Source: an uncultured bacterium
GTDB taxonomy: Bacteria; Oederibacteriota; PGYV01; CAWJRG01
DNA: 64,000 bases
Direction: 5' to 3'
Assembly (NCBI GenBank): GCA_963845185.1
Contig: CAWJRG010000009.1
Span: 736,001 to 800,000 of the forward strand
The position numbers were made by a program, and so were the translations under genes. The notes beneath the pieces were generated by a model. That model did not search any database. It saw nothing but the letters and a program-made list of their open reading frames with translations, and was not told the origin of the DNA. This document shows positions 50,483 to 60,183 of this stretch, piece after piece. Each line of letters starts with the position of its first letter. Position 1 is the first letter of the stretch.

Positions 50483-52417
50483 TTATTTCCATTCGCTTGC
50501 TTTTATTCTTATCGTTACCCTCCTGTTTTTCTGCCTGCCCTCATCGGTATCATTTGAAGCAACAGGCATCGTATCCCCTTTCCCTATAGCAGTAAACATA
50601 TTTTCCTGCATTCCAAAAAGATCGACAAAAAATTTGACTACAGCCTCTGCCCTTGCCTGGGATAAAGCAAGGTTATTCGGGTATATGCTGCGTTTTATCG
50701 GCATATTATCAGTATGGCCTTCCACTATCACCGATGCGTTTTTATGGGTGTTTATCTGATCCGCTATCTTTTTTATGTCCTGATATACACTTATTTTAAC
50801 GTCTGCCTTGCCTGTATCAAATAAAGTATCTGCCGATAAAGTTATTACAATTTCCCTTAGTAACACATGAACGTACTGCGGCACGGTATGCGCCCAGTTA
50901 CCGACCGTATCAGCTGCATAAAAAGTATATGTATAAACTTTGCCCGGGTCAATATACGCGCCCTTGTCGTTTGTGCCATCCCACACAACAGGAGAAGGCG
51001 GATCCCCTGCTCCGCTGAATCTTTTTACCACCTTGCCTTTATCATCCCCTATAATCAATTGCCATGAGCCTATATTGTGCAAGTCTGTGGCTGTTGGTTT
51101 AAATGATACGGGTACAACAATGGCGCCTATTTGATTTGGTTTAAGTATTTTGGGCTCTGCATCTATACTAACTTTCGGTGGAGTGTTGTCAACCTCCACG
51201 CTTATCTCGTTTGAGTCTGATTTTGTCCCGTTTTTATAAATAGCCTGTGCTTTTATATTATAAACACCATCCGGTACAACTTTTCCTAAACTATTGTATC
51301 CGTTCCAGTATAATCTTTGGGATGCATCCTTAAATACAAGGCTTTTAATAGCAACGCCAACTGAATCGGAAATATTCAGGATTATTTGTTTTACCTTTGC
51401 GGGCGATGCAATATCAGGAACAATGAAAGTGAAATCCTTATATTTATCGCCATTGGGAGAAAATACAGCTGGATTTGCTGCTATATTAAAAGGCGGAGTG
51501 CCGAATTGATAAGTCAAAGTTATCCTGTTGGTTAAACCAAGGTCTGCATTATAAGGCACAAAAGCATAATCAATCAAAAGAGAGTTTAAAATCAATCCTG
51601 CCCCAAAAGTCGGTTGTTGGATAGTCCCTAATTTGTAACCAAGCCTGAAAGCTAAAACATTAAAGGCGGTATATGACGCGCCAAATGAATAATTAAGGTT
51701 ATTGTCCGAAGCTGCCTGCACATTACCTTCAAGTGTAAAATTATTTGCGCTGTAACCCAGTCCTATTTTCATATTTATTGGTTGGCTGAAAGCCTGTGAA
51801 ACAAAAGTTTCCTGCGGCCCTATGTCGTTAAAAACAAGCCCTGCTGACAAGCCGTTTAGAAACGGTAAATCATATATAAGTCCGAAGTCAAAAAGAAAGG
51901 AAAATGTGGAACCCGTTGCATTCTGGTTGTCAATTGTATAATTAAGTATTTTCAGGTTTGCGCCAAGAAATAGATCATCAAAAAATTGTTTAGAATAAGT
52001 TAATATTCCATAAACGCTGTAAGGAGAAAAAGTATAAAGCGATGTGTACAATGTTGTTGGGTTAGCAATAGTTTTTGTTAATGAATCCATATGAAGCCAA
52101 TTTATGGTGGCGGCAATTGTTCCAAAAGGAAAAATCATGGAGTATTCAATATTCTCGTATTCCACCTGTTGAAACCATTCAATGTGAGTTAACGAAATTT
52201 CTGATGATAGTGATTTTGAAAGGCCCGCTGGGTTATATTCTATTGAATCTATATCATTCGCTAGTGCAATATATGTTTCACCCAAACCGCTTGGCTTTGC
52301 AGGAACAAGGATTTTTAAAAAATTATTTGCAGTTGTGCCGATTTGTTCTGCAGAAGGAAATATATTTCCTTCTGTCAATAAAACAATGAAAAGTAAAAAT
52401 AATATTTTCTTTTTCAT
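50483..52417 (-). CDS. PorV/PorQ-like beta-barrel fused to FlgD-type Ig domains and an OmpA C-terminal domain
   Basis: FLKI...A...GLGE.Y.A.A.D...I.YNPAGL N-terminus, DYAFVPY..LG, FSPNGD, WNG/WDG, LFDTGKA, EGHTDN, LSQARA, NRRV. Confidence 0.85.
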   Translation of the reverse strand: MKKKILFLLFIVLLTEGNIFPSAEQIGTTANNFLKILVPAKPSGLGETYIALANDIDSIEYNPAGLSKSLSSEISLTHIEWFQQVEYENIEYSMIFPFGTIAATINWLHMDSLTKTIANPTTLYTSLYTFSPYSVYGILTYSKQFFDDLFLGANLKILNYTIDNQNATGSTFSFLFDFGLIYDLPFLNGLSAGLVFNDIGPQETFVSQAFSQPINMKIGLGYSANNFTLEGNVQAASDNNLNYSFGASYTAFNVLAFRLGYKLGTIQQPTFGAGLILNSLLIDYAFVPYNADLGLTNRITLTYQFGTPPFNIAANPAVFSPNGDKYKDFTFIVPDIASPAKVKQIILNISDSVGVAIKSLVFKDASQRLYWNGYNSLGKVVPDGVYNIKAQAIYKNGTKSDSNEISVEVDNTPPKVSIDAEPKILKPNQIGAIVVPVSFKPTATDLHNIGSWQLIIGDDKGKVVKRFSGAGDPPSPVVWDGTNDKGAYIDPGKVYTYTFYAADTVGNWAHTVPQYVHVLLREIVITLSADTLFDTGKADVKISVYQDIKKIADQINTHKNASVIVEGHTDNMPIKRSIYPNNLALSQARAEAVVKFFVDLFGMQENMFTAIGKGDTMPVASNDTDEGRQKNRRVTIRIKASEWK

Positions 52418-52597
52418 CGCAAACCTTTCCGTCTTATGAAATAAGTATTTTGATTATTATTATTTTGTCAAATAATTATAATTTTGTCAATAAAAAATAA
52501 AATAATATTTAATATCATATGCCAAAATAGTTTGAAAAATAAAACATTTTAAAGAATCTAAAGTAAATATATCGGTTAATGAATTTTGTATAGAATA

Positions 52598-52626
52598 TTG
52601 ACATAAAAGAAATTTAATGATATTTT
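52598..52626 (+). promoter_or_regulatory. Putative sigma70 promoter of the CBM9-like gene
   Basis: TTGACA-N17-TATTTT with TG extension. Confidence 0.6.
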
Positions 52627-52662
52627 AACATTTAAATTACGCTAAAATAAAATGAGGTTAAT

Positions 52663-53376
52663 ATGCGAAAATTTTTTATAATATTTTTTATATTTGTATA
52701 CTCTTTTATGACTGCAACAATAAAAAATAATGAAACAGCGAAAGAACGACCTTTACTCGAACCAAGGCCTATTCCTAATATTCAGATAGATGGAGAATTA
52801 AAGGAATCCATAAGTACTCCGCCGATAATATTGGCCAAAGCTGAAAAAATTTTCAAACACGGATTTATATCAAACGCCAAAGACACTCCTTCAGCTGAAA
52901 TATATCTCGGTTATGACTCAACCGGCCTTTATTTTTTCGCCAATGTAGATTGTTATTTACCAAAAACCAATAATAAAAAAGATGCTTCAATATCCGACTG
53001 TAACTGCATTGAATTCTTTCTTTCGTCTGATCCAAACGCAAACCCAAATAGGACCGATTATGGTGCCAAAGACTTTCATGTCGGTGTAAAAGCTGCAAAA
53101 GATGCTGCCACATGGAACTGGCAGTATAAAGCGCCGCTTGTAAACCCGGAAATATTTTATAAAGAAAAACCTGGTGGATACATTATGGAGGGCAGAATCC
53201 CATGGTCAAATTTTGATATTGGCTGTCTGTGTAAAATAAACGGCCGGGAAGTCGGATTTGATATGGCCATAGACTTTGTTGCAAACAGTATATTTGAAGG
53301 AAAATCTCAGATAAGATGGTTTGGCGACGAAAGCATTAACAAAAACCCATCAAAATGGGGTAGAATTGTTTATTGA
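52663..53376 (+). CDS. Exported CBM9/DOMON-like sugar-binding protein
   Basis: Signal peptide; IQIDGELKE, YD..GLYF...V, IEFFL, GYIMEGRIPW, GFD, WG; the only credible plus-strand gene. Confidence 0.75.
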   Translation: MRKFFIIFFIFVYSFMTATIKNNETAKERPLLEPRPIPNIQIDGELKESISTPPIILAKAEKIFKHGFISNAKDTPSAEIYLGYDSTGLYFFANVDCYLPKTNNKKDASISDCNCIEFFLSSDPNANPNRTDYGAKDFHVGVKAAKDAATWNWQYKAPLVNPEIFYKEKPGGYIMEGRIPWSNFDIGCLCKINGREVGFDMAIDFVANSIFEGKSQIRWFGDESINKNPSKWGRIVY

Positions 53377-53741
53377 TTAGTTTTCATTATTTTTTCTTGT
53401 ATAAAATTATCTAAAAAATCTATATCCCCTTCCCGTACAGCCAGAAAGCTCAGGCCTGTTTCATAATTACCGTCGATTTCCTTGTCGTTTGACCATCTTA
53501 CTTCACAAAAAGCCTTAATAATTTTATCACTTTTATCAATTAAAATTTCAACTCTTATTACTTTTCCAGGTTCTACTTTATTCGGCATTACAAGACATAT
53601 ACCGCCTTTTGATAAATTCCTCGTTTTTCCCTTATAAAAAGTCGATTGAATATTTTCAATATCGCCCATTAAAACTTTATACTTTGTTGATGCTTCATAG
53701 TTAATCCTTGGATAGGCTCTTCGCTCAATGCCTTGTTCCAT
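53370..53741 (-). CDS. Single-domain PilZ protein
   Basis: RRAYPR (RxxxR) and NLSKGG (D/NxSxxG) c-di-GMP motifs. Confidence 0.92.
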   Translation of the reverse strand: MEQGIERRAYPRINYEASTKYKVLMGDIENIQSTFYKGKTRNLSKGGICLVMPNKVEPGKVIRVEILIDKSDKIIKAFCEVRWSNDKEIDGNYETGLSFLAVREGDIDFLDNFIQEKIMKTNQ

Positions 53742-53783
53742 CGTAATATCTCCTTTAAAAAATTATTTAATTGAAATAATAAA

Positions 53784-53799
53784 AGCAATTCCTGTGCCA
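53784..53799 (-). promoter_or_regulatory. Sigma54 -24/-12 promoter of the PilZ gene
   Basis: Minus strand TGGCACAGGAATTGCT matches TGGCAC-N5-TTGCW exactly. Confidence 0.85.
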
Positions 53800-53850
53800 C
53801 GCAGTTATTGCTTAAAATAAAGAGATTTTTATTTGAATTAAATTCTTATA

Positions 53851-53895
53851 TGTGCCGCAAGGAACATTAAAAAAACAGCAGTGCCGAAAAGCACA
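53851..53895. promoter_or_regulatory. Two tandem putative enhancer-binding-protein sites
   Basis: TGTGCCGCAAGGAACA (TGT-N10-ACA) and AGTGCCGAAAAGCACA, 29 bp apart, upstream of the sigma54 site. Confidence 0.6.
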
Positions 53896-53963
53896 TCAAA
53901 AAATCTATATCCAATATAATCCGGAAAGTTTAGTCGTAACTATAAATAATACTGTTTAATATA

Positions 53964-55712
53964 TCATTTTATACGTTTGTGTTTTGTAATGATTTTTTTG
54001 GCATAAGATAAGACCGTTTCGGGCTTTATTTCATAAAGGCATTTATAATGCCCAAATTTGCATACTTTTTCAAAACACGGAGAACAATCAATACCACTTC
54101 CAAAAATATAAGCATTTTTAGACAAAGGACCAGTCCATTTTGCGGATGTTGAACCAAATATTGCAATTAACGGAATATGAAAAGCATCTGCTATATGCAT
54201 AAGTCCTGAATCATTGCCTATAAATAAATCCATATTTTTAATGAGCCCGCAAACCTGGCCCAGCGTGGTCTTTCCCCGCAAGTCAAAAATGCCATTGTCC
54301 TGCGGAATTTTCAACGTGAATTTTTTATCTTTTTCAGAGCCAACAATGTAAATCCTTATTTTATTATTTAATTTCACAAGGTTTTTGATCAATTCCACAT
54401 AATTTTCAAGCGGCCACATTTTTGCCGGGCCGTATGCTGCAAAAGGTGCTATTATAATATTATATGAGGAGTTCATAACGCAGAACTTTTTGCTGGTTTC
54501 TTTTTCATTTAAGGAATTAATTTGAATTAGTTGTTTTAATATTTTAAAGTCAAACCTATTGCTTATTTCATAAAAAATTCTTTTATATTCTTCTGCAATA
54601 TGTAACTTATCATGTTTCTTATCGCGACAATATCTCCGGTTTAAAAATAGTCCATCTTCGCAAAAACCTGCTAGGATACTGACGCCTCCAAACCACAAAA
54701 TAAAACCCGAAGATAAGGAAGGAGTAAGGCTAATTCCTGTTTTAATTTTTTCTTTTCGTATTCTTAAAATAATTTTAAAAGAATCAATAAATGATTTCTT
54801 ATTGAAAATAATCAACTCGTCCACAAAATGGTTGTTATTATATAATTCAGCTACCGATTCATCGGCAAGTACGTAAATCTTTTTATATAATTTTTTTGCC
54901 TCTTCCAAAAATGCTGTAGCTATGACTGCATCTCCAAGCCAATTTGGCATGCGTACTATTAATTTGTCCACCAGTGCAGGTGATTTTCTTTTTTCAAACA
55001 TTTTTGCAAACTTTGCATATTCTGAAAAACTGCTGTATATAGAAAGAATAAAACCCTGCAGCCCGTCGAGAAAACCAAGTTTAAAAAAATACATTCTTAA
55101 AAATTTAAATAGAGGGGAAAAAATAATTCTAGCCAACAAAAATTTTTTTTGTTTTTCTTCAGCTTGCAAAGATGTGTACCTGTTCATTTTTTTAAAATAC
55201 GTGAAGCTGTCAAGGTAGGAATTATGTGTAATAGGCTTGTTTATTTTACCTGTTATACCGTTGACTTTTATGCTTTCGTGCACGGGTTTCTCGTCAAAAG
55301 CACCTTTATTTTTTTTAAAAAGCCTTAACTGATAATCATTTCCCCAGCCGCAGTGTTTTATTTTTCTTCCCAAAAAAATAGTTTCCCGCTTTATGTAATA
55401 TCCGTCGAAAGTATTCTTCCCTTTTATTGTCATGAGTATCTTGTCTTTAAGTTCCGGGGATACTTCCTCGTCTGCATCGATGCTCAGCAACCAGTCATAT
55501 TTTGTTTTTGACATTGCATAGTTTTTTATTTGGGAAAAATCCCTGAATTTCATGAAAAATATTTTTTTTGTATATTTTTTTGCTATCCCTACCGTGTTAT
55601 CCGTACTGTTTGAATCAATCATAACTATTTCATCTGCAAATGAAAGGCTTTTAAGGCATTTATTTATATTTTTTTCTTCGTTATAAGTTACTACAGTTGC
55701 CGAGATTTTCAT
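53964..55712 (-). CDS. Fused GT2 (WaaE/KdtX-like) and GT9 heptosyltransferase II (WaaF-like)
   Basis: N-terminal DSNSTD, IDADE, VHE; C-terminal RMPNWLGDAV, YGPAKMWP, NDSGLMH, CSPCF. Confidence 0.88.
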   Translation of the reverse strand: MKISATVVTYNEEKNINKCLKSLSFADEIVMIDSNSTDNTVGIAKKYTKKIFFMKFRDFSQIKNYAMSKTKYDWLLSIDADEEVSPELKDKILMTIKGKNTFDGYYIKRETIFLGRKIKHCGWGNDYQLRLFKKNKGAFDEKPVHESIKVNGITGKINKPITHNSYLDSFTYFKKMNRYTSLQAEEKQKKFLLARIIFSPLFKFLRMYFFKLGFLDGLQGFILSIYSSFSEYAKFAKMFEKRKSPALVDKLIVRMPNWLGDAVIATAFLEEAKKLYKKIYVLADESVAELYNNNHFVDELIIFNKKSFIDSFKIILRIRKEKIKTGISLTPSLSSGFILWFGGVSILAGFCEDGLFLNRRYCRDKKHDKLHIAEEYKRIFYEISNRFDFKILKQLIQINSLNEKETSKKFCVMNSSYNIIIAPFAAYGPAKMWPLENYVELIKNLVKLNNKIRIYIVGSEKDKKFTLKIPQDNGIFDLRGKTTLGQVCGLIKNMDLFIGNDSGLMHIADAFHIPLIAIFGSTSAKWTGPLSKNAYIFGSGIDCSPCFEKVCKFGHYKCLYEIKPETVLSYAKKIITKHKRIK

Positions 55713-55716
55713 GAAT

Positions 55717-56751
55717 CTATTTGCATAAAATTTTATTTACTGTATCAAGAACAGCGCTTACCGTTACTGAATCCGCTTTTTTATCGATTGCCAGGAGCAC
55801 TTCGTTGTTATGACCCGAAGGTTTGTTGATTTCCGGGTCGGTTTCGCCCCATATAACTATGGTATTTGTGAATGGCGAAAATATGTGCATGAAGTCTGTT
55901 TCATTGCATATAAAGCAGGTAAAAAACTGGGACAGCGCAGCCAAACGCATATAATCATTGTTTTCTGCCGCGATGCACTGTTTTTTTGTTATGTGCATGA
56001 ACTCATTCAAAGCGTCCGCTTCGTATTTATGTGAAACGACTATTATTTTAGCCTGGTATTTTTCAATCAGGTTTTTAGCCAGCATGGAAAATTTATTCAA
56101 AGACCATCTCTTTTTCTGGTCTTTTAAAGTCGGATGCAGGCCAATTATTGTGTCTTTTTCCGTAATGTTATTTTTCTTTAAAAATTCTTTCGCATAGACT
56201 TTGTCGCTGTCCGACAGGGTTATTTTCGGGGTAAAATCATATGAATTTGCTCCTATAAACCGAACCAGGTTGAGATATTTTAATATTTTATGCTGATGCG
56301 GGCTTATGCTGTGAAGCGACAAATTATAAAGTTTATTGTAAAAATCCCGCTTTTCCTGGAAATAACCGACTTTTGCGAGCGACCTGTTTAAAACTGCAGC
56401 CAATACAGGCACGCGGGATGTATCGTTAAAATTTAATATTACATTGTATCGGCTCGTCATAAGTTTAAAGATAGTTTTAATATAAACTAACGGATTGATT
56501 GTTTTGATCTCGAGTATTTTATCGATGTACTTGCATGCCATAGCGAACTTTTTAATCCTTGGGGTTGTAAGTACGGTTATCTCCGACTCTTTAGGCATGG
56601 CTTCTTTCAAAGCCGCGATAGCCGGGGTTGAAAGTATAAATTCCTCTACATGAAAAGGCGTTATTATTAAAACAGAAGAAACCTCTTTCGGGTTTATCTG
56701 CTTAGCGGAAACTATTTTTTTATTTTCACGTTTCTTTAATTGATTTTCAAT
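55717..56751 (-). CDS. Divergent GT9-family protein, probable ATT start
   Basis: Frame is open 47 codons upstream of the tracked TTG and contains the GT9 N-terminus VLIITPF.VEEFILSTPAIAALK; also KRWS and NETDFMHI. Confidence 0.75.
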   Translation of the reverse strand: MENQLKKRENKKIVSAKQINPKEVSSVLIITPFHVEEFILSTPAIAALKEAMPKESEITVLTTPRIKKFAMACKYIDKILEIKTINPLVYIKTIFKLMTSRYNVILNFNDTSRVPVLAAVLNRSLAKVGYFQEKRDFYNKLYNLSLHSISPHQHKILKYLNLVRFIGANSYDFTPKITLSDSDKVYAKEFLKKNNITEKDTIIGLHPTLKDQKKRWSLNKFSMLAKNLIEKYQAKIIVVSHKYEADALNEFMHITKKQCIAAENNDYMRLAALSQFFTCFICNETDFMHIFSPFTNTIVIWGETDPEINKPSGHNNEVLLAIDKKADSVTVSAVLDTVNKILCK

Positions 56752-56772
56752 TTGCGTTCACCTATTATTTGA

Positions 56773-57735
56773 TTATTTTTTCAAAATTCTCCGTGCTCTT
56801 ACGGCAACATCCCGCGCGTTTATACTCTTCATGCATACAAATTCACCAGTTGGACAGGTATTGCCTCCATGCAGATGGCATGGCCTGCAACTCAGGTCTT
56901 TTTCAAATACGTCATAACCATTTTCTGTAATAAAGCCAAAGCTTTGCACAGTCGGCCCAAGAAAAACTATGGCAGGTACGTTAAAATGCCGTGCCAAATG
57001 CGCGGCTGCCGTGTCATTGCCGATAAATAATCCGGTTTTTTTTATCAAATTTATAAGCTCTAAAAAATCCGTTTTTCCAACCAAATTCTTTATATTTTGG
57101 CCTTTAATATATAATATTTTATCGGAATTTTCAACCTCATCTTTTAAACCAGTTATTGTTATTTTAAATCTTCCCTGTTTTTTAAGTTCATTGACCAGCT
57201 CAAAAAAATACGGCCATCTTTTAAGTTTCCATTTTGCTCCTATATGCATCAATATTGATTTTTCCCGCCTCGTCCTAAGTATTTTTGCAGTCTGTGGCTT
57301 TAAATTTAATGTGTGTTTTATCGCACTTAAATATTTTGCCGAAACTGTTTGCCTTTCGTCCAAAAACCACTTAAAAAGAACGGTCAGGCGTCTTTTAATG
57401 ATGTCTTTCTTATAAATAGTCCGTTTTTTTGTTTTTATCAAGGCTGCCAAAAGCCTGGATTTAACATTATTTTGTAAATCAAAAACATAATCAAAATTTT
57501 CAGCGCTTAAAAGCTTTGCTTTTTCTAGTATTATTGCCAAGTCTTTAAAAAACCTTCCACGAAATTTTGTCAGAAATATGCGGTCTATCGGCATTAACCC
57601 CTGCAAATCCGAATATTCTTCTTTTGAAAGAAAGCATATTTTGGCATCCCTGTATGAGGCTTTTATTGCTTTTACAGCTTCTGCCGCCAGTATTATGTCA
57701 CCTGCAGAAGAAAACCTGATTAACAATATTTTCAT
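56773..57735 (-). CDS. GT9-family heptosyltransferase-like protein
   Basis: ILLIRFSSAGDII, DLQ, KRWP, GNDTAAAH, CRPC..HG...CP. Confidence 0.9.
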   Translation of the reverse strand: MKILLIRFSSAGDIILAAEAVKAIKASYRDAKICFLSKEEYSDLQGLMPIDRIFLTKFRGRFFKDLAIILEKAKLLSAENFDYVFDLQNNVKSRLLAALIKTKKRTIYKKDIIKRRLTVLFKWFLDERQTVSAKYLSAIKHTLNLKPQTAKILRTRREKSILMHIGAKWKLKRWPYFFELVNELKKQGRFKITITGLKDEVENSDKILYIKGQNIKNLVGKTDFLELINLIKKTGLFIGNDTAAAHLARHFNVPAIVFLGPTVQSFGFITENGYDVFEKDLSCRPCHLHGGNTCPTGEFVCMKSINARDVAVRARRILKK

Positions 57736-58826
57736 TTTTTTATCATATCTTCCAGTTCTTTTACGTTTTTAATCAACATGCCGATTTTTAATGCATAGAA
57801 ATTGTTTTCCTGTATGAATTTCTTATTTATCCTAATTTCATCTTTTTCTGTTGTCACAATGAGGGAAGCGTTGGTTTTTCCGTAAAGCCGCTCTATTGCC
57901 TCGATTTCCTTTCTTTTATACCTGTGGTGGTCGCCAAACCGAAGGCTTACGCTTATGTGAGCATCCATGCTTTTTAAAAGTTTTTCAAAACCATGGGGGT
58001 TTCCCAGGCCGGAAAAAGCAATTACTTTTCTGTTTTTAACAGAACTTACGTTGAACTTTTCACCGGTCGATACATTATAAAAATACTTTGGCATGTACTC
58101 ACTTTCAAATATTTTCATATTTTTGCCGTAGCCGAGCAGTATTTCCTTTATTTTTTCTATTCTAGCCGGGTCATTGCTGAGGTTTGCGTTTGTAATGACT
58201 ATCGCATCCGCATTTTTCAGTGAGGAAACCGGTTCCCTTAAAAATCCCGCAGGAAAGAGCCGGCCGAACCCAAAAGGGTTCATTGCGTTGATAAGTACTA
58301 TCTGGAATGAATTTTTAAGTATTTGCCTTTTCTGAAACGCGTCATCAATAAAAACAATGTCGGGTTTCATGTTTTCAATTCCGTATTCAAGCGCTTTGAT
58401 TTTATTGTTGCCGACGATTACCTTTGCTTTTTCGAGGTTCCTTGCAAGCAAATACGGCTCGTCCCCGGCATTGATTGCCTTTATCAGCATACGCCTGCCG
58501 TCGCTTACTATGTCAATATTTTTTATTTTATGCCTCTTATATCCTTTTGCCACTACGAGCACGTCCTTACCGTCTTTTATGTAGCGTTTTCCCATTTCCT
58601 CCACAAACGGGGTTTTACCGGTTCCTCCCATGGTTATATTCCCTACCGAAATAATATTTACCCTGAATTTCTTGGATTTAAAAATATTGAGCCTGTAAAA
58701 AAGGTTTCTGATAAAAAGGCCGAATCCGTAAAAAAAAGATATTAAATACAAAAAAAGCATTATTAAATTTTCTTTAAAATTTCTTTTTTTCTTTGATATC
58801 AGAGCCATCCATGAATTCTCAATCAT
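57732..58826 (-). CDS. lpxK: Tetraacyldisaccharide 4'-kinase
   Basis: SVGNITMGGTGKTP, GDEP, DDAFQ, PAG.LRE, TTEKD. Confidence 0.95.
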   Translation of the reverse strand: MIENSWMALISKKKRNFKENLIMLFLYLISFFYGFGLFIRNLFYRLNIFKSKKFRVNIISVGNITMGGTGKTPFVEEMGKRYIKDGKDVLVVAKGYKRHKIKNIDIVSDGRRMLIKAINAGDEPYLLARNLEKAKVIVGNNKIKALEYGIENMKPDIVFIDDAFQKRQILKNSFQIVLINAMNPFGFGRLFPAGFLREPVSSLKNADAIVITNANLSNDPARIEKIKEILLGYGKNMKIFESEYMPKYFYNVSTGEKFNVSSVKNRKVIAFSGLGNPHGFEKLLKSMDAHISVSLRFGDHHRYKRKEIEAIERLYGKTNASLIVTTEKDEIRINKKFIQENNFYALKIGMLIKNVKELEDMIKK

Positions 58827-60183
58827 GCGGCACGTCCTCCTTGTCGCAAATAAGCGTTACGTTTTCGGCGTTAAATTTTTTCTTATTCTCGTTTATTATT
58901 TTATAGGTTGAAATAATCCTGTCAACAATCTTTGCGGTCTTTAAAGCCGAGCCTTTAAACCTCTCTACAACCGCCTTGTTTTTATCGCCCATACTTTGCC
59001 TCAACATTTCGTTTTTTAGCAGGATTGACAGCTTTGAAGATATGTCCTCAGGCGTGCTCTCCACCCTGTAAGCCCCGCCGTCGCTTGTTAACCTGTCTGC
59101 CGTATCCTCGAAATTATACATGTATTTGCCCATTATAATCGGCAATCCGTCTGCTGCCGCCTCAATCGGGTTATGCCCACCGTATTTCTTAAATCCGCCG
59201 CCGATTATAGCTATATCGGAAATATCATACAAATAAGGCAGGTCTCCTATTGTGTTTATCAATACTGCTTCATAATTGGTAATGATATTGTAATCCTCAA
59301 CTTCATCCCACAATATATAATTAACCCCGCCTTTTTTTAAAAGGTTTATTATGAATTTTACCCTTTCCATATGCCTTGGAGCAATTATAAGTACATTTTC
59401 ACTGCTTTTTACAGATTTAAAGGCGTCTATTATCAATTTTTCCTCGCCTTTTCTTATGCTGCCCGCTACAATAAATTTTTTCCCTTTTTTGTCCATGTTT
59501 ATCTTTTTCGTGCCAATGCCGGTTATTCCCGCCGAATATTTAGTATTGCTTAATATTGTTATTTTCTCTTCCTTTATGCCAAGGCTCTCCAGGCGTATTT
59601 TCATCTTTTCGCTCTGCATTACAAAAAATACCATCTTGTCCAGGATGTATTTAAAAAACAGTCCGAAAGCATGATACAGTTTAAAACTTTTATTCGACAG
59701 CCTTCCATTGACCATGATGACAGGTATGTTTAATTTTTTGGCATAATATAACAAATTCGGCCAGATTTCCGTCTCCACCACAACTATGCCGAACGGGTTT
59801 GTTTTTTTCAAAAAATTCCAGGTTATCAGGTTTATATCCAGGGGAAAAAGCGCTGTATAGTTAATTTCCAGACCTGTTTCGCTTGTTATCTTCATTTGGC
59901 CATTCAGGCTAGTCGTGGTTGCCATTATATCGTATTCCGGATTTATCTTTTTAATTTCTTTTATTACCGGAATTACAGCCTGGACTTCGCCTACAGACGC
60001 GGCATGAAACCACAGGACCTTTTTGCCGCGTAATTTTTCAATATCCTGATTTTTTATAATCCCCAGCCTCTGGCTTGCTCCGGTTCTCCATTTTTTATTG
60101 AAAACAAAAAATAAAATTATGAATGGCAGAAGTATCATCAAAATAATGTAAATAAGGATGTTGTAAATTAAAATAATAATCAT
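58819..60183 (-). CDS. waaA: Kdo transferase
   Basis: WFHAASVGE, ETEIWPN, NGRLS, APRH.ER, GGHNPIE. Confidence 0.95.
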   Translation of the reverse strand: MIIILIYNILIYIILMILLPFIILFFVFNKKWRTGASQRLGIIKNQDIEKLRGKKVLWFHAASVGEVQAVIPVIKEIKKINPEYDIMATTTSLNGQMKITSETGLEINYTALFPLDINLITWNFLKKTNPFGIVVVETEIWPNLLYYAKKLNIPVIMVNGRLSNKSFKLYHAFGLFFKYILDKMVFFVMQSEKMKIRLESLGIKEEKITILSNTKYSAGITGIGTKKINMDKKGKKFIVAGSIRKGEEKLIIDAFKSVKSSENVLIIAPRHMERVKFIINLLKKGGVNYILWDEVEDYNIITNYEAVLINTIGDLPYLYDISDIAIIGGGFKKYGGHNPIEAAADGLPIIMGKYMYNFEDTADRLTSDGGAYRVESTPEDISSKLSILLKNEMLRQSMGDKNKAVVERFKGSALKTAKIVDRIISTYKIINENKKKFNAENVTLICDKEDVPHD

